DNA of 64,000 nucleotides from an uncultured Gemmatimonadales bacterium (GCA_963831425.1 CAWHQC010000031.1:410252-474251); one strand, 5' to 3'; positions 30,080 to 38,709 are shown, counted from the first letter of the stretch. Made by a program: numbers and translations. The notes: generated from the sequence alone by a model not told the origin.

Positions 30080-31021
30080 ATGGCCCCGATGCACCTGCTC
30101 GTGCTCGAGCGCGACCCCGTGCGCCGCGAAGCACTCCTCGGAGTGCTGCGCGCCGCCGGCCACCACGCGGTGGCGGCGCCCGACCCCTCGGCTGCCGCGG
30201 CGGCCATCGGCCAGCCGGGGTTCGACGCGCTGGTCCTCGACCTCGGGCTGCCGGAGCTGGACCCCGCGCGGCTCCGCGAGGCGCTGGTCCCGGTCGAAGC
30301 GGCGGCACCAGGCACGCTGGACGCAGCCGAGCGGCGGCACATTGCCCTGGCGCTCCGCCATACCGGCGGCAACAAACGGCAGGCGGCGCTGGTGCTGGGC
30401 ATCTCCCGTTCGACGCTGCTTCACAAGGTGCGCAAGTACGGGCTGGCTGCCGCGCGCCTGGGGGCGATTGCCCTGGTGCTGCTCGCGCAGCCGACCGTCA
30501 CGAGGGGGCAGGGGATTCCGATCCCGCCCGGGCGGGTCAAGTCGGGCACGCTCTCGTTTGACGGCCACGGCACCCCGGGTGACTTCATCGGGCGCACCAG
30601 CACCGTGTCCGGCGAGATGACCGGCGGCAGCGGCCTGGCCGCGGTGCGGGGGTGGGTCGAGGCTCCGGTGCGGACGCTGGTGACCGGGAACGACCGCCGC
30701 GACCGGGACCTCGCGAAGTCGATGGAGCCGGACAAGTATCCCAATTTACGATTCGACCTGCGCGGCGTGAGGACCGGGGCGGGCACTTCCGACAGCGTGC
30801 CTGTCACACTCGAAGGCGCGCTCAGGATTCACGGGGTAAGCCGCGACGTCGCGCTTCCCGGTTACGTGCGCCTCGAGGAGGGGGCGCTCCGTGTGCGGAC
30901 CGATTTTCCGCTGAATCTCAAGGACTATCGGATTGGCGGGTTGTCGAAGCTGCTCGGAGCGCTCAAGATGGACGAGCACATCGAGGTACATGTCGACCTG
31001 ACCTTTGCCCCGGCGGCCTGA
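30080..31021 (+). CDS. Partial receiver + Fis-type HTH + hydrophobic segment + YceI-like domain in one ORF
   Basis: LLVLERD...ALVLDLGLP (REC half), ERRHIALALRHTGGNKRQAALVLGISRSTLLHKVRKYGL (HTH_8), TGNDRRDRDL and LRIHGVSR (YceI). Confidence 0.75.
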   Translation: MAPMHLLVLERDPVRREALLGVLRAAGHHAVAAPDPSAAAAAIGQPGFDALVLDLGLPELDPARLREALVPVEAAAPGTLDAAERRHIALALRHTGGNKRQAALVLGISRSTLLHKVRKYGLAAARLGAIALVLLAQPTVTRGQGIPIPPGRVKSGTLSFDGHGTPGDFIGRTSTVSGEMTGGSGLAAVRGWVEAPVRTLVTGNDRRDRDLAKSMEPDKYPNLRFDLRGVRTGAGTSDSVPVTLEGALRIHGVSRDVALPGYVRLEEGALRVRTDFPLNLKDYRIGGLSKLLGALKMDEHIEVHVDLTFAPAA

Positions 31022-31038
31022 GCACGCGGCCGGCGCGC

Positions 31039-31461
31039 TCACGGCGCGATGCGCACGCGGCCGAGCCGGGAGACGACGACCGTGCGCACCACCGCGCCGC
31101 GGCTCAACTGGAACGACGCATTGCTCAGCCCCATGCTCAGCCCGACGGGGGAGAAGGTGATGCGCCGCTCGGGGCCAGCAAGCATCACCTGGCTGGCGGC
31201 CGGGCCCGGAGCATGCCAGAACTCGGCGGCGCCTCGGGGCCGGATGGCAAGGTCGGTGGCATTCACGGTCAGCTCGACGACCTGACTCCGGAGCACGGCG
31301 GCGATCCGCGCACGGCGGTGGGCCGCAACGATCTCGTGAGCGGCGCGGTCCACGGCCAGGCTGTCTGCCAGACGGCTGGCGCGGGGGAGGGCGATGCCGA
31401 GAAGCAGCCCCATGATGGCGAGGACCAGGGCGAGCTCGAGGAGAGTGGTACCGCGTTGCAT
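31039..31461 (-). CDS. GspH/FimT-like pseudopilin
   Basis: Prepilin cleavage motif RG-TTLLELALVLAIMGLLLGIALP; ITFSPVG...VVVSRLGRVR. Confidence 0.85.
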   Translation of the reverse strand: MQRGTTLLELALVLAIMGLLLGIALPRASRLADSLAVDRAAHEIVAAHRRARIAAVLRSQVVELTVNATDLAIRPRGAAEFWHAPGPAASQVMLAGPERRITFSPVGLSMGLSNASFQLSRGAVVRTVVVSRLGRVRIAP

Positions 31462-31500
31462 GGGTGCACGGTAGCGCGGTTCACCCGCCCGATCGGGACC

Positions 31501-31565
31501 CAATTTCCGCTAGCGGATGCCGGAAATTGCGTGCCCTTGCCTGCGGGGCGCCCGGGCGCGATACT
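31501..31565 (+). promoter_or_regulatory. Inverted-repeat operator plus sigma70 promoter upstream of the TPR gene
   Basis: CAATTTCCG-N11-CGGAAATTG (31501-29); TTGCCT (31537-42), 17 nt, GATACT (31560-65). Confidence 0.5.
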
Positions 31566-31588
31566 AGCTCTGTACCCCAACCCTCCTG

Positions 31589-32893
31589 ATGGAAGGACGC
31601 GCCCTGTTCACGCCGCAGCAGCTTTTCGGTGAGGCCGAGCCGTCGCTGGACGTACTGGCGCACGCTCCTTTTCTGGAACGCGCGCGGGCGGAGCACCAGC
31701 GCGAGCGTGACGTCTCAGCGCGCCTGGCGCTGGGCGCGTATCTGGTTTCGCGGCTGGTGGACCGGCTGCTCGCCAAGGGCGAGGACGCCGAGGCGCAGGA
31801 AGGGCTTCTCTGGCAGCTCGATGCCGTGCGCCGCCATCTGCGTGAGCTGCCAACCGACCTCCCCGAGAGCGCACATCTGCATGGTATCACGGACGCCATC
31901 ATCGTGGGGGTGCAGCCGTTCGCGGGCCTGCGCCTGAGTCTGATGGCGTACGCCTACTTCCTCGAGCACGAGGGCCGGCTGGAAGAGGCGCTCGAGGTGC
32001 TCGCCCTCGCGGTGCGCAGCCACGGCGGGGACATCCCGGTGACGGACTTCGCCGCCTCGGCGCTGTTCGCCGGCCGGCTCAATCGCCTTCTCGCCCGATG
32101 GACGGAGGCCACGTCCTGCTATCTGGCGGCCGAAGCGGCAGCCACCGGGGCCGCCGATCGCACGTTGGCGCTCCGCGCCCAACTAGGCAGAAGCGCCGTG
32201 CTGCGTGGGCAGGGCAACCTCCCGCTGGCGCGGGCCACGGTCGGGTCGGTCATCGAGGCCGCCGCCGCAGCCGGGCTGCGCGATGTGCAGGCCATGGCCC
32301 TGACCGACCTCGGCGCCGTGCATGCGCTCGAGGGGTGCCGGGTCGAAGCGCTCCAAGCCAACTACCAGGCGTTTCTGCTGACCGAGGACGAGCTGCAGCG
32401 CATGCGGGTGCTGGGCGATCTCGGCATCGGCCTCAAGGAGATCGGCGCGATCGACGCCGCGCGCGTGGCGTTCGAGATCGTGGTCCTCGCGCGGAGCAGC
32501 TTCCTGGTGCACACCAACGCTCTGCTCGAGTTGATGGAGCTCGAGTCGAGCATCCGCAACCGGATCGCGTTCGAGCGCCGACGCGTCGAGGCCGAGCGCA
32601 TGCGGGATCGCATGCCCCCGAGCATGCTGGTGGACCTGCACTACAAGGCCGGCGTCGGGCTGGCGCGGTTCGGACAGCTCGCCCGCGGGCGCCAGTTGCT
32701 CCTGACTGCCATGGAACTCGCCGAGGCCCACCAGCTCAATACCTGGTATTTCCGGCTCGAAAAGGTGTTCGCGAACCTGGCGGGCTGCGCGGCTCCGGAG
32801 CCCGAACCTATTTCCGAGCCGGGGCTGGACGCGCTGCCGGCAGTCCGCGAAGTAGCGGTCGGGCTCCGCGAGTACGCCGATTCGGCGACCTAG
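31589..32893 (+). CDS. All-helical TPR-like protein (434 aa, no HTH, no signal peptide)
   Basis: TPR-like helical pairs: YAYFLEHEGRLEEALEVL, LGRSAVLRGQGNLPLA, LTDLGAVHALEG..EALQANYQA, LGDLGIGLKEIG..DAAR, YKAGVGLARFGQLARG. Confidence 0.8.
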   Translation: MEGRALFTPQQLFGEAEPSLDVLAHAPFLERARAEHQRERDVSARLALGAYLVSRLVDRLLAKGEDAEAQEGLLWQLDAVRRHLRELPTDLPESAHLHGITDAIIVGVQPFAGLRLSLMAYAYFLEHEGRLEEALEVLALAVRSHGGDIPVTDFAASALFAGRLNRLLARWTEATSCYLAAEAAATGAADRTLALRAQLGRSAVLRGQGNLPLARATVGSVIEAAAAAGLRDVQAMALTDLGAVHALEGCRVEALQANYQAFLLTEDELQRMRVLGDLGIGLKEIGAIDAARVAFEIVVLARSSFLVHTNALLELMELESSIRNRIAFERRRVEAERMRDRMPPSMLVDLHYKAGVGLARFGQLARGRQLLLTAMELAEAHQLNTWYFRLEKVFANLAGCAAPEPEPISEPGLDALPAVREVAVGLREYADSAT

Positions 32894-33033
32894 TTATTCG
32901 AGCCCTGGTTCTCGAACGCCGGCGCGGTCTGGTCCGACGGCCCCATGGCATCGTTCCGCGTGCACGCGGTCGAGGTGATCCCGGCGATGGTGAGCGAGGC
33001 GAGCAGGATCCACTTGGTGGTCGAGCGGGACAT
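32890..33033 (-). CDS. 47-aa secreted (lipoprotein-signal-like) peptide
   Basis: AAAGGA RBS 7 nt before the ATG; MSRSTTKWILLASLTIAGITSTA-CTRNDAMGPSDQTAPAFENQGSNN; GC3-biased codons; stop overlaps the TPR gene stop (CTAG). Confidence 0.75.
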   Translation of the reverse strand: MSRSTTKWILLASLTIAGITSTACTRNDAMGPSDQTAPAFENQGSNN

Positions 33034-33113
33034 GGTCGATTCCTTTCGGTCTGACGGGCGAACTTGAGGGGTAGGGCCAATCTGGGGTGAAAACGCGGGC
33101 CCGTTTAGGCCCT

Positions 33114-33144
33114 TTTTGCGACAAATAGGGGCCGTTTTGCGACA
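33114..33144. promoter_or_regulatory. Tandem direct repeat TTTTGCGACA x2 with 21-bp period (candidate AraC-type site)
   Basis: Exact 10-mers at 33114-23 and 33135-44 between the divergent peptide and AraC genes. Confidence 0.55.
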
Positions 33145-33940
33145 TTTGCTTCTCGCCGCCGTGCCCACCGAGCGCCTTTTCAGGCTGCGCTCCCTCGATC
33201 CCGACCGGTTCGTCTGGGAGGCCGTGGGCACGTGGCCGGAGGCGGTGGAGGCCATCCGGGCCAAGCCGGTGCAGATGGCGGTGGTCGACCCACTGCTGGG
33301 CGGGACGGTACCTCGGACACATGGCATCGGGCGGCTGCGACAGTTCTTCCCTTCACTTCCGCTCCTGGTGTACACCGAGCTGGCCCCCGCCACGGCGGGC
33401 GCCCTGCTGGAGCTCGGCCGCACGGGGATTCGCCGGGTGGTGGTGCACCGTTTCGAGGATACGCCCGGCGCATTGCGCACCGCGCTGCTGGCCGAGCTGG
33501 AGCAGAGCGCCTCGCAACAGGTGCTCCTGGGATTGGCGCCGCTGGTCCACGAGTTGCCCGCCTCGCTGCGGCTGGCGCTCGAGCAGATGCTGCACGCAAC
33601 CGGAGATGGGCCGACGGTTACGGCGCTGGCCGAGCGGGCGCGGCTGACGCGGCGCACCTGCGAACGCTGGTTCACCAAGGTGGGCCTCCCCTCACCGCGC
33701 GTGGTGATGGTGCTGGCCCGCCTGCTCTACGCCCATCGGCTGCTGCTCGACCCGGGGTACACCGTGGAGGACGTGGCCATCAAGCTCGGCTACAGCAAGA
33801 CCAAGACATTGCAGATGCACCTCCGGGCTGCCTTCGGCTGCACCGCGGGTGAACTGCGGGTGTCACTCACGACCGATGATGCCCTGGCGGCTGTCACCGA
33901 TCGCTACCTCCGGCCCCTCAGCCGGGCCGCGGCGTCGTGA
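33137..33940 (+). CDS. AraC-family regulator with degenerate receiver-like N-terminal domain
   Basis: MAVVDP...LPLLVYT (REC-like); TVTALAERARLTRRTCERWFTKVG...TVEDVAIKLGYS (HTH_18); start codon uncertain (33116 or 33137). Confidence 0.85.
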   Translation: MRHLLLAAVPTERLFRLRSLDPDRFVWEAVGTWPEAVEAIRAKPVQMAVVDPLLGGTVPRTHGIGRLRQFFPSLPLLVYTELAPATAGALLELGRTGIRRVVVHRFEDTPGALRTALLAELEQSASQQVLLGLAPLVHELPASLRLALEQMLHATGDGPTVTALAERARLTRRTCERWFTKVGLPSPRVVMVLARLLYAHRLLLDPGYTVEDVAIKLGYSKTKTLQMHLRAAFGCTAGELRVSLTTDDALAAVTDRYLRPLSRAAAS

Positions 33941-34338
33941 CCTCGCGAGTGCTGATCGTCGACGATGAGCCCGCGCTGCGGCGCGCGCTGGACCGCGCGT
34001 TGCGGGGTGTCGGGTGCGAGGTGGTCACCGCCGGGGACGCGCACCTGGCCTATCAGGTGCTGGACGAGACCGACGTCGATCTCGTGCTCCTCGATCTGCA
34101 CCTCCCGCAGATGTCCGGCGACACCTTCTTTCTCGCGCTCACCCGCCGCTGGCCCCGGCTCGCCGACCGGATCATCCTCATGACCGGGGACAGCTTCCCC
34201 GAGACGGAGCACTGGCCGGCCGACCTGCTGCGCTGCCCGCTGCTGCTCAAGCCGTTCACGCTCGACGTGCTCCGGCGCACCGTCCTCGAGGTCCTGGAGG
34301 GACCCGCCGAGCGGCGCGCTGGAAACGGGCTGGCATGA
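33937..34338 (+). CDS. Single-domain response regulator (REC)
   Basis: LIVDDE, LLDLHLP, MTG, LLKPF: all phosphoacceptor residues present. Confidence 0.92.
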   Translation: MTSRVLIVDDEPALRRALDRALRGVGCEVVTAGDAHLAYQVLDETDVDLVLLDLHLPQMSGDTFFLALTRRWPRLADRIILMTGDSFPETEHWPADLLRCPLLLKPFTLDVLRRTVLEVLEGPAERRAGNGLA

Positions 34339-34973
34339 CCGCCGGGCTGTCGGTCGCCGCGCCGCCGGATCCGCTCGCCACGTTGCGCGAGTATAGTGCG
34401 CTTGCACCCTGGGGGCTCCGCGATCTGGCGGCGCTGTCGGCCGGCGTGCTCGACGCGTCCGGCGTCGTGCCGGTGAACGCGGCGGCGCGCGCCCGCCCCA
34501 GCGAGCGCACCATCCGGTTCTACGTTGCCCGGGGCCTCGTGAGTCCGCCGGACGGCCGCGGCACTGCCGCGGTGTACTCGTACCGCCATCTGCTCCAGGT
34601 CCTGGCCATCAAGCTGCGCCAGATGGAGGGCGCGACTCTCGAGACGATGACCCGTGAGTTCGCCGGGCTCACGGGAGACCTCATCGAGCGTCGCGTGGCC
34701 GGGGTGCTCGGGCCGGCGCTGCCGCGGCCCGACCGGCTGGCGCTGCTGCAGGCGCCGGGTACCGGGCGGGGCCGGGTGGGCCGGGCGGTGCTCGGCTGGC
34801 TGGCCCCGGTGGAAGGCGCGGCCGGCGCGGCCTCGTCCTGCCGGCGCATTCCCCTCGGGCCGGGCATCGAAGTGCTGGTGGACGAGCAGCACCCCGTCCT
34901 CCGGCTCAACGGCGACATTGCCGCCATCACGGAGGTCTTCCGCCAAGCCCTCGCCTCACTGGTGGCGCCATAA
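34335..34973 (+). CDS. MerR-type HTH protein
   Basis: SERTIRFYVARGLVSPP...AVYSYRHLLQVLAIKLRQMEGATLE. Confidence 0.85.
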   Translation: MTAGLSVAAPPDPLATLREYSALAPWGLRDLAALSAGVLDASGVVPVNAAARARPSERTIRFYVARGLVSPPDGRGTAAVYSYRHLLQVLAIKLRQMEGATLETMTREFAGLTGDLIERRVAGVLGPALPRPDRLALLQAPGTGRGRVGRAVLGWLAPVEGAAGAASSCRRIPLGPGIEVLVDEQHPVLRLNGDIAAITEVFRQALASLVAP

Positions 34974-34997
34974 CCCTCCCCGCCGCAAGGACCGCCC

Positions 34998-35573
34998 ATG
35001 GCCGCCGCGCTTATCCTGCTGGTGCTCCTCGCTGCTGTCGCTCTCTGGATCATCGGCGCCTATAACGGACTGATCGGGCTCAAGAACCAGGTGGCAAACG
35101 CCTGGAAGCAGATCGACGTCCAGCTCAAGCGTCGCCACGACCTGATCCCGAACCTGGTCAACACGGTGAAGGGCGCCATGGACTTCGAGCGTGGAACGCT
35201 CGAAGCGGTGATCAGCGCCCGCAACAAGGCGGTCAGCGCCACCGGCGTCCGGCAGACGGCCCAAGCCGAAGGCGAGCTGACCCAGGCCCTGGGCCGGCTG
35301 TTCGCGCTGGCCGAGGCCTACCCCGACCTCAAGGCGACAGGGAACGTGGCACAACTGCAGGAGGAGCTGACGAGCACGGAGAACAAGATCGGATTCGCTC
35401 GCCAGCTCTACAACGACGTCGCGACGCAGTACAACATCCGGCAGGCGACCTTCCCCACGATGCTGGTGGCCGGCATGGCGAAGGCAGCGCCCGCGGAGTT
35501 GTGGCAGATCACCGACGGCGCGGAGCGTGAGGTGCCGGCGGTCGACCTGTCGGCCGACAAACCGGCCCCGTGA
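34998..35573 (+). CDS. lemA: LemA family protein
   Basis: N-terminal TM, AWKQIDVQLKRRHDLIPNLV, AEAYPDLKA, TENKIGFARQLYND. Confidence 0.95.
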   Translation: MAAALILLVLLAAVALWIIGAYNGLIGLKNQVANAWKQIDVQLKRRHDLIPNLVNTVKGAMDFERGTLEAVISARNKAVSATGVRQTAQAEGELTQALGRLFALAEAYPDLKATGNVAQLQEELTSTENKIGFARQLYNDVATQYNIRQATFPTMLVAGMAKAAPAELWQITDGAEREVPAVDLSADKPAP

Positions 35574-36625
35574 GCGGGGACGCCAACCTCTTCGCGCAGC
35601 AGGAGGCCAACCGGCGCCGTTCGAGCTGGCTCGTCGTCGGCTTCATCGTGTTCTTCGCCTGGGTCGGATTCGGCGGCGACCTGGCCCTCGGGCTCCTCAC
35701 CGCGGACGCGCCGCCGACCGCGTATCACCACGTTGTCCCCCTCATCGGCCTCGCCACCACGCTCGCCGCCGGCGGCATCTGCTGGTATTCCTGGCGCTAT
35801 GGCGCGGAGCGGGTGCTCTGGTCCACCGGCGCGCGCGAGATCCTCGAACCGGCGAGCCCGGAGCAGCGGCAACTGGTCCACGTGGTCGAGGAGATGGCCA
35901 TCGCCGCCGGGCTGCCGAAGCCCCGGATCTGGGTGGTCCCGGATAACGACCCGAACGCCTTCGCCACCGGGCGCGACGCGGCGACGGCCAGCCTCGCGGT
36001 GACCGAGGGACTGCTCCGGACGCTGTCGCGCGACGAGCTGCAGGGCGTCGTCGCCCACGAGATGGCCCATGTGCGCAACCTCGACGTGCGACTGATGACG
36101 TTGCTGGCGGGCATGGTCGGCGCCATCGCCCTCATGTCGGACGGCATGGGGCGGATGATCCGTGGCACCGGCACCGCCGGTCGGGTCACCGCCGGTCGGG
36201 GCAGCGGCGGCCGCGAGCGGGGCAAGGGCGGGAATCCGCTTGCGCTGGTGATCCTGGGACTCTGGCTGCTCACCCTGGTCGCAGCTCCGGTGATCTCCCG
36301 GGTGCTGGCGTTGGCCGTGAGCCGCAAGCGCGAGTACCTGGCCGACGCCACCGGCGCTCAGCTCACCCGCAACCCGATGGCGCTCGCTTCCGCGCTCGAG
36401 AAACTCGCCGCCGCCAGCTCGCCGACGCGGGCCATCACCCGGGGCGCCGCGCACCTCTGCATCGTAGATCCGGCCCCGGGCGTGCTCGCCTCACGCGAGG
36501 GGCTGCTGGCCGACGCGCTGGCGTCGCATCCGCCGATTCGCCAGCGGATCATCCGGCTCGAGGCCATGGCCTATGCGGAGGCCAAGCCCACGGGGGAGCC
36601 GGCCGGTCAGGTCCCGCCGGGCTGA
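35570..36625 (+). CDS. htpX: HtpX-like M48 membrane metalloprotease
   Basis: PNAFATG, ELQGVVAHEMAH, SRKREYLADA, SHPPIRQRI. Confidence 0.93.
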   Translation: MSGDANLFAQQEANRRRSSWLVVGFIVFFAWVGFGGDLALGLLTADAPPTAYHHVVPLIGLATTLAAGGICWYSWRYGAERVLWSTGAREILEPASPEQRQLVHVVEEMAIAAGLPKPRIWVVPDNDPNAFATGRDAATASLAVTEGLLRTLSRDELQGVVAHEMAHVRNLDVRLMTLLAGMVGAIALMSDGMGRMIRGTGTAGRVTAGRGSGGRERGKGGNPLALVILGLWLLTLVAAPVISRVLALAVSRKREYLADATGAQLTRNPMALASALEKLAAASSPTRAITRGAAHLCIVDPAPGVLASREGLLADALASHPPIRQRIIRLEAMAYAEAKPTGEPAGQVPPG

Positions 36626-36647
36626 TCGCGCCGCTCGGCGACTCGAC

Positions 36648-37652
36648 TCACCGGCGGCCCGCCACCACGGCGCCGAGCGCCGCGTGGATCGCGGGGTCGA
36701 TCGCGGTGCCCACCAGATCGCGCATCCGCTCCACCGCGTCCTCGGGCCGCATCTTCTCCTGATACGAGCGGTCGGTGGTGAGGGCATCGTAGATCTCAAC
36801 CGCGCCGATGATGCGGGCGCCGAGGGGAATCGCCTCCCCGGCGAGGCGATCGGGGTAGCCGAACCCATCCCACCGCTCGTGATGGCTCCGGACCAAGTCG
36901 CTCACGTGACGCAGGTGAACCAGCGGCGCTAGAATCCGGCAGCCCACCAGCACGTGCCGCTTTACGTGCTCGTACTCCTCGTCGGAGAGCGGGCCCTGCT
37001 TGCTCAGGACCTCGTCCCGAATCCCGACCTTGCCGATATCGTGCAGGCGGCCGGCGGTGCGGACGGCCGCGACTTCCTCGCCGCATACCCCCAGATGCGC
37101 CGCCACGGCGGCCGACAGGTCGGCGACCCGGGCTGAGTGCCCGAGGAGGTAGGGGTCCTTGGCCTCGAGCGCATTGACCAGCGCTTCCAGGGTGGCCACG
37201 GAGATCCGCTCCCGCGAGGCAGCGACCCCGGCATCGAGCCCGCGGTCGGGCTGCCGGCGCTCGAGCATGGCCCGACGCTGGCCGAGCGCCCGTGCTATGG
37301 CGCGGCCGAGGCGGACGAGCTCGATCGGCTTGATGAGGTAGTCGAGGGCGCCGCGCTGCATGCAGAGGGCGGCGGTGGACGCATCGTTCACGGCCGTCAG
37401 CATCAGCAGCGCCACTTCCGGCTCCCGCTCCATGATTCGCGGGACCAGGTCGATGCCGCTGATGCCGGGGAGGTTCACGTCGAGCAGGATGCCGGTGATC
37501 TTCCGCTGCGCGAGCACGCCGAGCGCGTCCTCGCCCGTGGCGGCGGCCGCGACTTCGTAGCCCTGCCGGACCAGGTACCTGAGGAGGGCGCTGCGGATCG
37601 CTTCCTCGTCATCGACGACGAGGAGCGTCACGGGTCCGTCCGTGGGCGACAC
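36648..37652 (-). CDS. Response regulator with HD-GYP phosphodiesterase domain
   Basis: REC (VVDDE, LLDVNLP, IKP) plus GHSARV, LHDIGK, HHERWDGFGYP. Confidence 0.92.
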   Translation of the reverse strand: MSPTDGPVTLLVVDDEEAIRSALLRYLVRQGYEVAAAATGEDALGVLAQRKITGILLDVNLPGISGIDLVPRIMEREPEVALLMLTAVNDASTAALCMQRGALDYLIKPIELVRLGRAIARALGQRRAMLERRQPDRGLDAGVAASRERISVATLEALVNALEAKDPYLLGHSARVADLSAAVAAHLGVCGEEVAAVRTAGRLHDIGKVGIRDEVLSKQGPLSDEEYEHVKRHVLVGCRILAPLVHLRHVSDLVRSHHERWDGFGYPDRLAGEAIPLGARIIGAVEIYDALTTDRSYQEKMRPEDAVERMRDLVGTAIDPAIHAALGAVVAGRR

Positions 37653-37738
37653 GCGGACTCCTCCGCCGCTTCAACTGAGGCGGTTCACCGATGGGATCAG
37701 GGTCCCCTCAAGGTAGGAGTCGGCGGAGGAGGGGTCAA

Positions 37739-38581
37739 TCACCCGACGAAGTCCACCAGCACCCGGTCCGGAATCAGCCCGGCGGCGTGTCCACGGTCGA
37801 GCAAGGTCTGCACGGCGCGGCGCCCCCGTGGCCCGTAGTCCACCGTCCACTGGTTCACGTACATCCCCACGAACGTGTCGGTCCGCTCGTTGCCGATGCC
37901 GCGGTTGAACTGCTGGGCATGGGCCAGGGCGGGCGCCCGGTGTTCGAGGGCGTAGACGATGCTGGCGCGGAGGTCCCGGGAGATCTGGTCGATCACCGCC
38001 GGTCCCAGGTCGCGGCGCACGACGTTGCCGCCCAGTGGGAGCGGCAGCCCGGTCTCCCCGAGCCACCAGGCGCCGAGATCGGCCCAGAGGTGCAGCCCGG
38101 TGTCGGCGTACGTAAGCTGGCCCTCGTGGATCAGGAGTCCGATATCCACCTCGCCCTGATGCACCGCGTCCTCGATCCGATCGAACGGGATCACCACGGT
38201 GGTGACATTCGGCTGGTACAGCTTGAGCGCGAGAAAGGCCGTGGTGAGCGGGCCGGGAACGCCGACGCGGAGACCCTGAAGGACCGCGCGTGGATCGGCC
38301 GGGCGCGGCTGGAGCGAGACCAGCCGTGGTCCGTATCCATCGCCCATGGAGGAACCGGAGCCTAGCAGCGCGTAATCGTGCCAGAGATAGGCATAGGCGT
38401 GGATGGAGACCGCGGTGACCTCGAGCTCCGCCCGGCGCGCGCGCTGGTTGAGCGACTCGATGTCGGAGAGTTCGTGGACATACTTCAGGTCGCCGGTATC
38501 GAGCTTCCCTTCGGCGAGCGCGTAGAACATGAAGGCGTCGTCGGAATCGGGGCTGTGGGCGACGCGGATGGTTCTGGGCAT
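37739..38581 (-). CDS. mqnD: 1,4-dihydroxy-6-naphthoate synthase (futalosine menaquinone pathway)
   Basis: AHSPDSDDAFMFYAL, DIESLN, GYGP, LIHEGQLTY, LPLPLGGN, MYVN. Confidence 0.9.
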   Translation of the reverse strand: MPRTIRVAHSPDSDDAFMFYALAEGKLDTGDLKYVHELSDIESLNQRARRAELEVTAVSIHAYAYLWHDYALLGSGSSMGDGYGPRLVSLQPRPADPRAVLQGLRVGVPGPLTTAFLALKLYQPNVTTVVIPFDRIEDAVHQGEVDIGLLIHEGQLTYADTGLHLWADLGAWWLGETGLPLPLGGNVVRRDLGPAVIDQISRDLRASIVYALEHRAPALAHAQQFNRGIGNERTDTFVGMYVNQWTVDYGPRGRRAVQTLLDRGHAAGLIPDRVLVDFVG

Positions 38582-38592
38582 GGGGAGCTCGG

Positions 38593-38709
38593 GTGGAAGG
38601 ACGGAAGGACGGAAGGGCGGAAAGACGGAAGGTCGGAACGAGGTCGGCACGTGAGGGGGCTCACCGTCGTTCCGTCTTTCCGTCCTTCCGCCCTTCCCCC
38701 CCTTCCGTC
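38593..38709. repeat. Inverted pair of octamer tandem arrays (ACGGAAGG)n / (CCGTCCTT)n
   Basis: About 6 units at 38593-38640 and about 6 reverse-complement units at 38664-38709. Confidence 0.85.
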
